DNA of 64,000 nt. Origin: Camelus ferus. Lineage: Eukaryota. The DNA is taken from the NCBI RefSeq assembly GCF_009834535.1, contig NC_045696.1, positions 100,318,001 through 100,382,000 of the forward strand, written 5' to 3'. Position numbers and translations under genes: made by a program. Positions 37,801-51,279 of the stretch are shown in pieces; positions within the stretch are counted from its first letter, which is position 1; every line of letters starts with the position of its first letter. The notes beneath the pieces are model-generated. The model saw nothing but the letters and a program-made list of their open reading frames with translations, did no database searches and had not been told where the DNA came from.

Positions 37801-40587
37801 AGAAGTGAAATAGAATCAGCAATAAAAAAAACCTCCCTAAAAACAAAGTCCAGGACCAGATGGCTTCACTGGGGAATTCCACCAAACATACAAAGAACTC
37901 ATACTGATCCTTCTCAAACTTTTCCAAAAGATTGAAGAGGAGGGAATACTCTCAAAGTTATTCTATGAAGCCACCATCACCATGATACCAAAACCAGACA
38001 AAGACACTACCAAAAAAGAAAATTAACACTGATGAACATAGATGCAAAACTCCTCAACAAAATATTAGCAAATAGAATCCAACAACACATAAAAAAGATC
38101 ATATACCATGATCAAGTTGGATTCATCCCAGGGACAAAAGAATGTTTCAACATACGCAAATCAATCAATGTGATACACCATATCAACAGAAAAAAGGGCA
38201 AAAATCACATGATCATCTCAATAGATGCAGAAAAAACATTTGATAAAATTCAACACCCATTTATGATAAAAACTCTTACCAAAGTGGGTATAGAGGGAAC
38301 ATATCCCAATATAATAAAAGCTACCGAATACAAACCCAGAGCCAGCATAATACTCAATGGTGACAAGCTGAAAGCCTTCCTGCTAAAATCTGGAACAAGA
38401 CAAGAATGCCCACTCTCACCACTTCTATTCAATATAATATTGGAAGTCCTAGCCAGAGAAATCAAGTCAGAAAAAGAAATAAAAGTGATTCAAGTTGGAG
38501 GAGAACAGGTAAAACTGTGACTATATGCAGATGACATGATACTATACACAGAAAACTCTAAAAGCTCCACACAGAAACTACTAGAGCTGATAAAAGAATT
38601 CAGCAAGGTAGCAGGATACAAGATTAACATACAGAAATCAGTTGCATTTCTTTACAATAACAATGAGATACCAGAAAAAGAAGATAAAGAAACAATCCCT
38701 TTTAAAATCACATCCAAAATAATAAAATACTTAGGAATAAGTCTGACCAAGGAGTTGAAAGACTTATACACAGAGAACTATGAAACGCTGATTAAGGAAA
38801 TTAAAGATGACTTAAAGAAATGGAAAGATATCCAATGCTGTTGGATTGGAAGAATTAACATTGTTAAAATGGTCACACTGCCCAAGGCAATCTACAGATT
38901 TAATGTGATCCCTATTAAATTGCCCATGACATTTTTCACAGAAGAAGAACAAATAATCCTAAAATTTATATGCAATCACAAAAGATCCAAAATTGCCAAA
39001 GCAATACTGAAGAAAAAGAACAAAGCTAGAGGAGTAACCCTCCCAGGCTTCAAACAATACTGCAGAGCTACAGTAATCAAAACAGCATGGTACTGATACA
39101 AAAATAGACATATGGATCAATAGAACAGAATAAAGAGCCCAGAAGTAAACCCACAGACCTATGGTCAATTAATCTTCCATAAAGGAGGCAAGAATAGACA
39201 AGGGAGAAAAGAGAGTCTTTTCAGAAAGTGGTGCTGGGAAAACTGGACAGCAGCATGTAAGTCAATGAAGTTAGAACACTCCTTAACACTGTACACAAAA
39301 ATAAACTCAAAATGGCTTAAAGACTTAAATATAAGACAAGACATTACAAACCTCTTAAGAGAAAACATAGGCAAAAGATTATCTGACATAAATCTTGGCA
39401 ATGTTCTTCCAGGGCAGTCTACCCAGGCAATAAAAATAAAAGCAAAAATAAACAATTGGGACCTAATTAAACTTATAAGCTTTTGCACAGCAAAGGAAAC
39501 CATAAGCCAAACAAAATGACAACCTAAGGAATGGTAGAAAATATTTGCAAAATGATGCAAATGACAAATGTTTAATTCCCAGAATATATAAACAGCTCAT
39601 ACAGCTTAATAAGAGAAAAACAAACCCAATCCAAAAACAGGCAGAAGACCTAAATAAGTGATTCTCCAGTGAAGACATACAAATGGCCAACAGGCACAAG
39701 AAAGAAAAAAAAAAGCTCAGTATTGCTAATTATCAGAGAAATGCAAATCAAAATAATCATGAGGTATCACCTCACACTAGTCAGAATGACCATAATTAAA
39801 AAATCGTCAAACAATAAATGCTAGAGAGGGTGTGAAGAAAAGGGAACCCTCCTACATTGTCAGTGGGAATGTAGTTTGGTGCAGCCATTATGGAACATAG
39901 TATGGAGATTCCTCAAAAATCTAAAAATAGACTTACCATATACCTCTCCTGGGCATATATGCCTAACGAACTCTAATTCGAAAAGATACATGCACCCCAA
40001 TGTTCACAGCAGCACTATTTACAATAGCCAAAACATGGAAACAACCTAAATATCCACTGACAGGTAACTGGATAAAGAAGTTGTGGTATATTTATACAGT
40101 GGAATACTACTCAGCCATAAAAAATAATAAAATAATGCCATCTGCCAAGGCCAACATGGACGGACCTGGGGATTGTCATTCTAAGTGAAGTGAGCCAGAA
40201 AGAGCAAGAAAAATAGTATATAATATCACTTATATGGAATCTAAAAAAATTTAAAAGATGACACTAATGATCTTATCAACAAAACAGACTGGCAGACATA
40301 GTAAACAATCTTACAGTTGGGGGGGCGGAGGGAAGGGAGTGGAAAGGGATAAATCTGGGAGCTTGAGATTTGCAAATGTTAACCACTATATATAAAAAGA
40401 GATAAAAAAAAAAAAACCCAAGTTTCTTATGTGTAGCACAAGGAACTATATTCAGTATCTTGTAATAACCTTTAATGAAAAAGAATATGAAAATGAATAA
40501 TACATGTATGTATAGGTATGACTGGAGTGGGCATCATACAGTACAGCTGAGGTTAACACACTGTAACTGACTATACTTCAATTTAAA
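34812..40587 (+). mobile_element. Near-full-length, inactive LINE-1 (5'UTR, partial ORF1, ORF2 EN/RT, 3'UTR)
   Basis: ORF2 peptides in the ORF track (37194-40188) and LYADDM at 38521-38538 preceded by an in-frame TGA. GC-rich 5'UTR and short A tail. TSD AAAGTTAATTTTTGT (34797-34811) / AAAATTAATTTTTGT (40588-40602). Many stops and internal deletions. Confidence 0.97.
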
Positions 40588-40779
40588 AAAATTAATTTTT
40601 GTCAAATCTGTCGTGCTTAAAGGGAATATTCCATAAAGAAATGTATACTAGAAGTCTGCCCAACAGTATTTTTTTTCCTAAGACCTTTTTTATTGTTAGG
40701 TTTGCGGTATTTAAGGACTCTCTCCCAGTTCTTAACAAATCCTCCATAAAAGAAAAATTCAGGACACAAATAAATCAGG

Positions 40780-41410
40780 CGAATTGCCATGGGCTCCCTC
40801 GGCTGCGCAGTTCCCTGTGTCCGGCTCGCCCCATCCCTCTTGCCGGATCCCAGGCACTGGAGGCCAATACTGCCACTGTCCCCGAAGCCACCTTTCACTC
40901 CCAGCTCCCCTGCTGCTCTGACGTGCTCGCAGCACTTCCGGGTCAAGACTCAGTCTCCAGAGTCTTCTGTGAGGCGACCCCTCCCCACCCCAACCCCGCG
41001 ATTCCCAGAGCACCTCACCGGGATTCGATGCCTGCGGAGGAACTGGGGTGGGGAAAGCGTGGCGATCCTCCTCACAGTTGCCGCACCAGCGCCCTCCCTC
41101 CTCAGCTCCACCTCAGCTCTCAGAGGGGCTGCAGGGCCTTGCGGAGCATGCGCGGAGGGCGGCGACCCGATGGGGCGTAGCGTCCTAGCCAAGTGTTCCG
41201 AGATCTCCCAGCTTCCCCTGCGGGCTGTCGGCTCTCGCGAGGCTGCTGTGCAGCGCCTGCCTCAGCAAAGCATGGTAACCTGTGGTTCGCCTGCCGCCCG
41301 CCGAAGCTGCTTTCCAGGTGGGTGCGCCCACCCTCCAGAGAACGCGCGACCCTGCCCTTTCCACAGTTTGGGGGTAGCGAGCGGCTTCTGGGGAGAACGG
41401 AGACTGAACT
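40780..41410. promoter_or_regulatory. CpG island / probable (bidirectional) promoter
   Basis: The only GC- and CpG-dense non-repeat segment. Motifs: ETS CACTTCCGG 40933-40941, NRF1-like GCATGCGC 41146-41153, BANP/ZBTB33-like TCTCGCGAG 41233-41241, RFX half-site CATGGTAAC 41271-41279. Splice donors on both strands (minus at 41018, plus at 41275). Confidence 0.85.
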
Positions 41411-41846
41411 CTTTTTAGAAGTTATAACTCCAATACCTCAGAATAGTTTTCGGCCATTTGTGGGTTTTTTTTTTAATCTCAACAAGTTGGCTGTATTCTT
41501 AACACTCTACAATCAGTTGTTGCAGTGCATTAAAAATGTCCCAATTGAGGAAAATGATGATCGTTTCTCTGATAGCTTGAAATGGAAAATGGGAAAATGT
41601 CTTACATAATTCCTATGGCTTTTTCCCTTCATTCTGGTGTAACAACAGACCAAAAGGTATTTGGTTGACTTTTGGCTACAGGTTTACCAGGTTGAGCAAT
41701 GGTAATGGGTTTCTGCAGAATTCTGCCTGGAATATGGGAATGATAATTGACAGGTGGTAGGCTTTCAAGCTCAAGCTCATGTTAGGGTTGGGTCTGGTTT
41801 TTTTTTTTGTTGTTGTTGTTTTTGTTTTTTAGCTTTCAATTTGCAG

Positions 41847-42168
41847 GAAAACTGAAAGAGGCATTGGATATATTTTGTTACCAAAGCAGTGTGATTGGGC
41901 AACAATCACCAAACATGACCTATCGCATTTTCCATCTGGAAATCATCCCTTTCTCTGTCTTACCTGGTTTGGCTGCTAATGCAGAGAAATGAAGACTTCT
42001 ACAATAAGAGGAAAATGGAAAGAATGTGAAGGCCTTCATAGAAAATAAATGAGACCTTACTCAAAACTGAGAAGGAAGAAATACGAAAAATGCAAAACTG
42101 TTGGCCTGGGGTATCCTCAAAGTTAAAAGAAACTCTTTATACGTTGCCCTGCCTCAACAAGAACACAA
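41847..42168 (+). pseudogene. DHC_N1 C-terminal pseudo-exon
   Basis: Acceptor tttcaatttgcag. Reads LEIIPFSVLPGLAANAEK*RLLQ / INETLLKTEKEEIRKMQ / KLLAWGILKVKRNSLYV, compared with ETPHYVVNVAERAEDLRIL..YNRIIAMLSPDE..ERIR..PGL..L.WNSL. Confidence 0.7.
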
Positions 42169-43097
42169 GTAAAAATGAGTACATGTAATTAAAAAAATAC
42201 AGTTTATGTATTCAGTCTTTGATTCCAGGCAACACCAATCTCCCCTGGGATGGTAGCACTCTCCAAGGGTTGTTAGTTTGCACAGACAGCAGCTTTAGGA
42301 GCTACGATGTGCCAAAGTTGATTACTAAGAGGAGTCGGAATGAGAGAAAATGGAGAGTATGTAATGGGTCCCAGGTGCCTGGCAGGGAGAAAAGTCAATA
42401 TCTGAGATGAGAGGAGGCTCAGAAAATGAAGGGGCTGATGTATTAGTATGTACTTTCCCTGCTAAGTACTAAGTTCTGTGTTGGCAGGAACCATCTTCTT
42501 TATTCACAGAATATTGCCTGAAGCATTTTAGGCATTCGATAAACATTTATCGAAAGAATAAATGGTTATAAGTTTCTTTTAGACAGATCCTGTCTAAAAT
42601 GCTTTAACTGAGGTTAAATGATGGTGATGGGTTTCAGACATCAACCTATATCCTTATTAAGATTTCTCAATATTTTTTTATGTTCATTTCACACATGTTA
42701 CTCTCCAGGTGCTTAAGAAGAAATCTTTGCTCAGCCAAAGACACATGGCTTTCCCCATCTCTTCTGGTTTGAGAAAATGATTGAGAAGACAGATTTTTCT
42801 CTACGTAACATTGAGGAAAGAGGAGATAATGTCCACATTCTAGCCTGTATCCATTTTGTTGGGAGCTAGTACTGTTGAGGCTACCTCTGTGGAGAGCCAC
42901 CAGAGTCAATTCAGGTGAGGAAAAGTTGGTGGAGGGTTGAAAGGAGGGTTTGGCCAATTGAGTCTTAGCTTCCTGGAATCTGTTAGCATCTCTCTGGGAA
43001 TTTCACATTCTCTGACATCTCAATAACTTGTATTTTTATAAAATAGCACAATAAACTTGTGCTATGGTGATACCAAGTCATATTTTACTGTTTGTAG

Positions 43098-43158
43098 GAA
43101 GCAGGAAGGATTTCAAAATTTGGATGCTACAGAGAAAGTTGTATCACCAACTGTTTTT
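43098..43158 (+). pseudogene. 61-nt pseudo-exon with intact splice sites
   Basis: Acceptor ttttactgtttgtag and donor gtaagc. Open in all three frames (e.g. KQEGFQNLDATEKVVSPTVF). Confidence 0.45.
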
Positions 43159-44199
43159 GTAAGCAAAGAAAGATAAAGCTCTTCATGAAAAACTAATGAA
43201 GAGATTTCCTTTTCAAATTGTGAGAAAATGAGCTGCATATATTCCTTCCCTAAGGAAAGAAAAAAAGATGACTTCATTTGTATCCTACCTTGTTCCAGAA
43301 AGGATTAAGACAGCTTTATAATGACTTTAAAAGGATCTTTTCTACCATGCCCTTAGTGTTAGCTGTTGGAAGCCATTTCTGTCAATATTACCAATGTTCC
43401 TTTATTGCAGCCAGATGCCAGGTTTGCAGTGATGGGTAAACTAAAGGAGCTTCCAAAAATGGAAACCTAAAATTCCAAGTTGCTGAGGTTAATGGAGGTA
43501 AAATTGAGTTGGGGTCTAAATCGTAGTGTTTTGAATATGAAATTCACATTTCCCATTTTACATTTTTGGATAATACTGCTCAGGCTCTTTTAAATTATCT
43601 GGTAACTTATAGCTGAATTAAAAGAAGGAAAAGAAATGCCAAACAGATTAAACAAGTTCTTTGAGTTATAGAGTTGAAGTGGGGACATATCAATGGAATG
43701 AAATATTCAAAGACATGTGTGGCTATGACCATAAAAAAAGTATTTTGTCTGGCATATCGGCCAAAACCTATTTATTCTGAGTCTCTCCTGTTTTTTCTTC
43801 TTTTGTGAGCAACTAAAGAAACTGTATGTGGGATGTGTGGTATAGGTTGTTCAATAAAGAAAACACTAGATATTTGTTTTAGTTAAAAAGGTAAATTATA
43901 TGTGTACACTCTGGAAATGATTGAAAGAAAAATTTTCAAGATAACGGGTTCAAATTGTGACATTTAGCTTGGAAACTTTATACTATTCTCCACTATTTTA
44001 ATACACTAGATTAAAAGATCATCTATTTATTTTTCACCTCTTTCAAAAATACAGTACATTTATAAAACACAAGTGATGGCACCGTAGGATTATATAAATA
44101 ATTATGTATTATTATAATATTATATTGTTTAATTATAATAAATTATTCAAAATCTTGCCATATAATAAGAGATGGTTACACAAATATTTATAAAATATA

Positions 44200-44810
44200 A
44201 AAATGTTTATAATGAGAAAGCTATGGCCAAAAAGAGCTGGAAAGTGAGATTAAGTGCCTTGCAGAAGCTTGGTACTTTATATTATAAACTGAAGGATGGG
44301 TGAATGTGTAAAATGTGGACAGTGAATGAGTGGCATATGAAGAGAATAAGGAAGGAGAAAACACTGGAAAAGGACATGCATCTTTTAGAGGTGACAAATG
44401 GACGTGTTTTAGAGGGAGACTTCAAATAAGGAAGTAAGGGGAGAATTTTGAAAACATTGTGCCAGGCTTTATAAATTAGTTATAATTCACATTTTTAGAA
44501 ATATAGCATGTGGCAGCAAAAGTTAACTCAATTAATACAATGTTTAGAGAAGGTGCATCCAAGTGCAGTATTCAGGATAACTGGATGAAGTGAAGAAGAG
44601 AGGCGGGGGAGTAATGAGGATGTGGTGGCAGTGATGACGGTGAAAGAGAAGAAGTATGATAACCTGTGGGGAGGCAGTAAAATCGGACACGGAGCAAAAA
44701 AAATGAAAGGGGCATTGTGAGTGGCATCAAAAAAACTGACAGCACTTCATGACAAAATTGATATATCTGAAGAAGTAGGTCCCTCAGAGACTTGACCTTG
44801 GGTGTCTTGC
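44200..44810 (-). mobile_element. L2 relic
   Basis: Purine-rich degenerate L2 pattern. Confidence 0.5.
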
Positions 44811-45809
44811 CACCTTGTCTGTTGTCTTCAAGGGCTTCTTATAAATGACGTAGAGCACTGAGCATCATCTCTTTGATATAGCAATGATTATTTAGAGCGA
44901 CAAGGTCAAAGCAACCGTAACAAAATTGACATCAACACTAATAACCACCTTAACTAAAACTTCATTTAAACAAATTTCCTTTTGTTGAGAAAGTTTCATC
45001 ATGGGGCTTATGTAGAACAGCTATGGAAGTAAATGGTTTTTTTTTTCCCCCATGAAGATGGGTACTTCTGGAACTTTGTTTTTAGAAATGAAGAATATGT
45101 GCAGACATATATCTGTTATAGCCAGAGAATCATCTATCACACTTTAGAAAATTACAGACAACACTAAAAATCTTGAGTGTCTCATTTCCCAAGAAACGAA
45201 GCATCTGACAAAGGCTGTCTTTTGATTCTCAAAATGAATAATTTCAGAGAATGTTAATACTGAATTTTTAAAAGTTATATTTATTTAGAATAGGAGGGAG
45301 TAGAAAATGAATGATTTTGCAAGGGCCTTGATGAATTACAACCACATGCCTATAGATTTCAGCTTTTTAAAAAACTGAAGATGTTGCTTCATTTTAAACA
45401 TACTGGAAATAATTTGTATTAATATGTCTGTCCTTGCAGTTGAACTAATTCAGTCCTTTTTTGAACTGATAAGTTAATTGGAAACAATGTTAAGTACCTT
45501 TTATAACTCTATGCTAACTGATATGTTAAATATATAAATATCTTTACACAAAAGTTGAGGGAAGAGAAGTGAAGTAATACTGAATTTATATAAAAAGGAC
45601 CGTAATTATTTTATTAAAATATGTATTGGCTTAGAAATTAGCCATTTTATCTCTCTTTGTCCTATAATTGTTAGCTTCCCATTCCTTCTGTCACCTCTAG
45701 CTTGCTTTCCAACCCATAGACTCCTGGGAAGGGTAATAGTTTTATTTCAAGGAGGCCACAAATTTGTAGGCACATCAAGCATTGTCTGTATACTAGAGAA
45801 ATAATATGC

Positions 45810-47460
45810 CTAATACTTGTTTGCAAGATGGTGTCACAAATGTAGGCAAGGTACGGCTTTCTCCGTAATGGTTGAATTTAAGTGCTTAAAGCTTTACTTT
45901 AGGCCCCTCTCTCACCTTCTCTGGGCCCTGCTTTTCCCTCTTCATTGTCCTCGTTCTTTCTTGGTGCAGAAGGAAGATGGCTGCAAGGCACTCCAGCTCA
46001 CATTGTCTATACAGCCTCTAATTCCAGAAGAGAGCACCTTCAGCAATTGTTCCCGCAAAAGGGGGGGAAAAAGGATTCAGAGAGGCTTCTGACTGGCTTC
46101 CCTGCTTTTTCATGGGATAATTACTTATAGGTAGCTGTGCAATCTAGTGCATTGATTTCTTTAAGCCACTTCTTTTTTTTTAACCTAAAAAATGGGGTAC
46201 AGATAATAGGACCTGCTTCAGTTATGTGCAGAATAATGATCGTTACATCTAATTGTTTCACCATGTTATTCTAATCTTCTGCATCTGTATGGATTTTTAT
46301 GTCTGTTGGCTTTATGAGGGAATGAGAGAAGTGTGCCAAAATCTGCTCTTTTAGCTTTGTAAATTCCTACTTCATAAGGGATTATCTGATTAGGTTCATA
46401 CAGTTAATAACGTTATATGTTTTCTTTCTTGTCTGTCTAAAAATTTTTTTGTCATTTTGCTTTCATTAGTTTTACTTTACAAACTGTATCTACATTGCAT
46501 TTATTATGCCTGTAGTTTGCAGTGGTTATTAAATCTTTGGCTTGATAATGGGTTTGTCTGTCCTTAACCTTAAATTATCTCAGTAATTTTTGTTTGTAAT
46601 ATTTGAAAATCAAGAAAAACGACAAAAATTATAAACAAATAGAATATCCAGATAATAGAGTTATCAGGCAAAGATATTAAAATAACATTACTAATATGTG
46701 TCTAAAATATGTATGACAAAAATAGGCAAGTTTGAGAGAGGACTGAAAATTATTTTGAAATACTGAAATTTCAAGACCAGAAAAATATAAAAACTGAAAT
46801 TAAGGATGGATTAACAACAGATTAGAAACATATATAAGATGAAATATTGAGAGATCAAAGAATGGCAAGTACAGAAGAAAACCAAAGAAACGTAGGAATG
46901 GGGTGAACAGGGCTAGCATATGTAAAATGCAGGTCCCAGAAGTAGTGAACAAAGCTCGCTCATTTGAATCTCTCCTTCTGCAGAAGGCAACCAGAGCCTC
47001 CCCCATCTCATTAATGAAGTCATTCAAAGCTGTCTTCAGTCCTTCCCAGGATCAGCGTATTTCTTTCTTTTACTCTTTATTCCTAAAGGTAGGCCTTCGG
47101 TGTCCAACAAAACCTGTGAGTTTTACTTGGCTTTCTCCTAGTCGAGCCTGCCCTCACATCCAGTTCTTGACATTTTGTTTTGTTTGTTTGTTTATTTGTT
47201 TATTTTTTTCAGCCATGTGACCTACTGAAAAGTCTGCTCAGCTTCTCAGCCATCTCTGCTAGAATTTCCCGAATTATTATGGGTGAATTAGCCCCATATC
47301 TGGATTTATTGCTCTAGTTTACCTTTTCTCTTGATCATAGTTCTGTCATTCTTTGTGTTACTAACTCTTTGGTACACTTGGACATGTTTTTAAATACTTA
47401 GTTCATATTTCCTAGTTATTTTCAGACGTGTTACTCAAAATTTCTTGCCCATTTACTGAA
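45810..47460. mobile_element. MLT1, MIR and old L1M fragments
   Basis: agaaggaagatggctgc..ctccag (MLT1); aaaatgggg..ataataggacctgcttca (MIR); ggatggattaacaacagattaga (L1 ORF1-like). Confidence 0.55.
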
Positions 47461-48167
47461 AGTAGAACGATTTCTGATTTTTTCTTCAATTTAGTGGGAA
47501 CAAATTCTCCAAAACAATTTTTAGAGGGTAGATGGGTACTATGTAAGTTTCTGGCACATAAAGAGTCTATTAAAAACTGTACCCTTTTCCCTTAGGCTGG
47601 CCTGGCTTCCAAAGGATATTTTTACTCTTCCTCTTTAACTGATTTCTCTTTCCTTAGAAATGTTGGTTGCCTTTTCTTCTTTATAGTTTTACTGAAAATA
47701 CAAATAATATGTTAACTATATATTTACTACATAAGAGTTGTCAATGCTTTTAACCCAAATTACTTCAAATTTTAATAGAAATACCATATTTGTTAAAGAT
47801 AAGGTGTCCTGTATATCTGACATTTGGACTCAAATTATAGAAGGGGATGTGGAGACTAGTGCTCTGACAGTTAAGAAACATAAGGATATCCTATAGTCCT
47901 TTTCCCCAGGGACCCAATCCAGCTTGTTGTACAGGTCAGTTTTACAGTCCATCTAAAATAGTTTTGAAGCTTAAAGGGCCCTGGCTACTTACTTACTCAT
48001 GTCTTTATCTGCACTACTGGCCGGACTTGACAACAAAAGAAAAGTCTTGGACTGACTGTTGCCTTTGCGAGGAGAAAGTCAAATATGTGGGCTTACATTT
48101 CTATTTTAACCCTAGAATTTTATTTCCTGATTTAATACAAGTTTCCCAAGAAATGATTCACATTTAG

Positions 48168-48580
48168 TGTCAATTGTTTCACAAGCCCAATATTTTTGGA
48201 AGCTCAACTTAAACCATGAAGGTTGAAATATGAAAAGGAGATTCACTTTGAGGATGAGCATATTGAAAGACTCGAGAAAGATTCTAAAAAACTCAAGACG
48301 TGTCTGAGTTGGCATTTTATTTTTGCCCGCATTTATATTTATGTCTGTGGTATAACTATCTACAGAAGAAATATTGTCTGATGGTTGAGAGAGTGTCAGC
48401 ACTTTTGAATCACACCAAAATTTTTCTAGACGCAATATTGTCAGGACAGTAAAATTTCTATCTACCAAAGACCGAATTTAAGCAAACTTGGATTGTGTTT
48501 CCCAGTTACTGACAATAGATAAATATTCTGTTTATGTATATTAATGCAGAACGTATTACCAAAAGGATGCTTGTTTCCCG
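48168..48580 (+). pseudogene. Dynein tail linker pseudo-exon
   Basis: LEAQLKP*RLKYEKEIHFEDEHIERLEKDSKK, then a frameshift in the A-run at 48286-48291, then QDVSELAF..LWYNYLQKKYCLMVERVSALLNHTKIFLDAILSGQ*NFY..IVFPS. Compared with KRVYRDLEFEEDQREHR..QWMLYMIRLDRMMEDAL..KAING..VEFSP. Confidence 0.7.
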
Positions 48581-50172
48581 GTACATTCTAGTGGTTTGTC
48601 AGTTGTTCAAATCTTTGTGTGAAATGTCTGATTCCATCATTAATTTTCTCTTCCTATGAAAGTTATGACTACATATTTGATTGCAATTAGTTAATGGAAG
48701 GCTAATAAAAATTAATTAGAATTTGCCTGGGACTCACTGACTTTGGACAATCTTAGTTAATACCCACATTTTGCTGCTAGGCTGTCCCCATCTACATTCT
48801 TGTAGGGTCCCCACTTAAAGCCTAGTCCATTATTTCTGGGAGTTTCTAGGTTGCCTGGAGTGTGATTAGATCAGGTCCTCTTCATGCTTCCATGCTGGCC
48901 TCCTTTTCTGCTGTCTAGAAACCGTTTGGGGTGGGAAGTGGGACCCATCCCTGTTATTGGAACTTCTTGTCCCTTAAGAATGCTCCTTTTCTATGTAGGT
49001 TTCAAGTTTTTGAAACTTCTGCAGCACAAAAACTTTGAGGTTGCATATAGAGGTACATTCTTTTATAGCATCACTCTGTTGAAGTCATGTTATGTTTTTT
49101 GAAAAACTAGATAGAACACCTAATTCTGCCATTGACTTGGTCCAAAGTAGCTCCACTTGCTCCTCAGTTTGTCTCATAAAGTCTCAAATGGACACAATTT
49201 TGTCCACTTTTAAAAGACTGGTGTCTATCCTAGAGCTCAAAACTGAATCCATGAGATTGGGCTGGGGAAGGCTCCTTTCGTTGTCTTGTTCCTCTCATCC
49301 CTGACTCATTGCCTCATTTGGCAGGTGTAAAACAACTAAAGTGAATGTTAAAAACAAACAAAACCCCTACAATAACATTACCCCTGGCAAGCTCCTTTAT
49401 TCCTATGCGTATAAACTCATAGGAAGAGACACCTGGAGTTGGGAAAGCAGGGCTACAGCCCACCAGTTCATCAGACAGATACAGGCAAACTGCAAATTCA
49501 GATTCAAACATTTACAGAATCTTGACAACTCCCCTAGACATTTACTTTATCTTCGTGGGAAAATAAAATGTATGTCTTTGTACCTTTATAGGTACTCACC
49601 ATCCATTTGCTGGAAACAATATTTGGCCAGATATTTGAAGGATGAAATGTGACCGTCTAGGGAAAGAGCATATAGTTGAGACTCAGGTGGGCTCTACCCA
49701 GGTCAATCACCAACTGATTATGTGAGCTGGTCAAATGATGTGCTCTCTTCAAGCCTCAATTTCTTCACATGAAAAATATGAGCGTTGGGCTGGATAACTT
49801 CAAATAAGACAGAGCATACAAAAATGGTTGTTCTTTGTAAGGTAGCAGTTTGGGACTGAATGAGACTATGTGCCATCTACTCTTATGTTATCACTTTGTT
49901 GAGCTCTAAAGGGAACTACACTTATTTAAAGAAGTTTCTAGAGACCATTTCTGTTAATGCCTTTATATACTTTTATGAGGCCTATGAAACTTGGTTCTGT
50001 GGAAGGCAGTGAAAAAACTTTACTTAGCAATTATCTTTCTGCCATGCTCAATGAAAGAGTAGGGGCCTGAAGGAGGCAATGCCCTTTCAACCTAGCTCAC
50101 TTACTTTACCCAGAGGTGTTCCAAGTGAACAAACGTGTTTCGTTTTTTAGTTTTTAAACCAAGGACTGTAGT

Positions 50173-50355
50173 TCCCTCCCTCCCTCTCTCCCCTCCCATC
50201 CCTTCATTTCCCTTCTTTCCTCCCTCCCTCCCTTCCTTCTTTTCCTCCCTCCCTTTATCTGTCCCTCCCTCTCTCCGTCTCTCTTTTTGTTTTTCTTTTC
50301 TTTCCCCTTTTCTTCCTCTCTTCTTTGTTACCTTTCTTCTTTCCTTCCTTCCTTA
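50173..50355. repeat. CT-rich low-complexity tract
   Basis: Seen directly. Confidence 0.95.
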
Positions 50356-51279
50356 ATTAAATTAAGCCAGAGGTTTAAGATCTATAACTACTTTTGGTCC
50401 AGCTTTGACACTGGACCAATTTATCTAGGGATTCAGTGACATTTATATTCTTGTCTTTCCCTTAGTCATCTATTTGCTTTTAACTCATTAAGACTTTTCC
50501 TTTGCAAAATTGGGTTGTTCTTAACTATCTTATTGGTGTTAGACAAAACATCAGTTTTCAGCAGCACAATGGAAGATAATTTGTTAAACTCTTATATATT
50601 AAATTCTTACAAATGGCAGTACCTTTTTTTGGTTCAAAGTTCTCTTGGAAGTAATGTTACAATTTAAATTTATCATTTAAAATATCCTTTTAAAGGTTGG
50701 GATAGGATGAATTCTATATACTTGGTTTTTAGCATAGATAGCAAAAATATTTTATTTAATATACTAGTTTTACAGATTTAATTGGTTCCTGTGAAGCCTC
50801 TTTGTTCACCTTTATGCTCTGAACTATACATTTCATGCTTTTTTAAAATGTGTGTAAAAAGCATTGCGTCGCAGACACTTAGTTTTTTTCAAGATGTTTG
50901 TTTCTTTGGTCTCTTTTAGACTCTAATCATATTTGCTACATTCAAAAGCTATATTCTTAAGAGTAAACTATATGTTTCCACCATAAATTTATGGCTGACC
51001 ACTTTCCTTGGATCATGCATGGCTCAGGACCCATCTTTAGCTGTACTTCAATGAGGTCAGTTACTTTGCTTTCCAATTCTGTCTGTTAAACTAATTCCCT
51101 ATTCCATGGTTTTCCTACTCCACCCATCATTCTCTTGAGGAAAGTGCCATACTGGGAAAGTGTTCTCCTTTGCAGTGGTAAATCACTGGAGCAACACTCA
51201 CTTTGTAACTTAGGGTATTCTCTTTCCATAGTTACAGATCTTGTTTTTTGACACAATGCTACATGTTCATTCTATTAGT

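Noticed and set aside
37194..40188. Reverse transcriptase ORFs as an active retroelement or novel RT system
   Set aside because: Ordinary mammalian L1 ORF2 broken by stops (e.g. TGA just before LYADD), frameshifts and deletions.
40599..41609. Long overlapping ORFs (193, 209, 138 aa and others) across the CpG island
   Set aside because: GC-rich DNA is poor in stop codons. ORFs are open in several frames on both strands, the long ones are Pro/Arg/Ala-rich, and none resembles a protein I recognise.
42535..42554. Perfect palindrome TTCGATAAA-ca-TTTATCGAA
   Set aside because: Falls in an L2 3' end whose consensus is already near-palindromic.
44090..44215. AT-only quasi-palindromic stretch
   Set aside because: Low complexity; such symmetry is expected by chance.
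48112..48468. 118-aa minus-strand ORF as a gene or transposase
   Set aside because: No recognisable motifs; the opposite strand is better explained as a dynein pseudo-exon.
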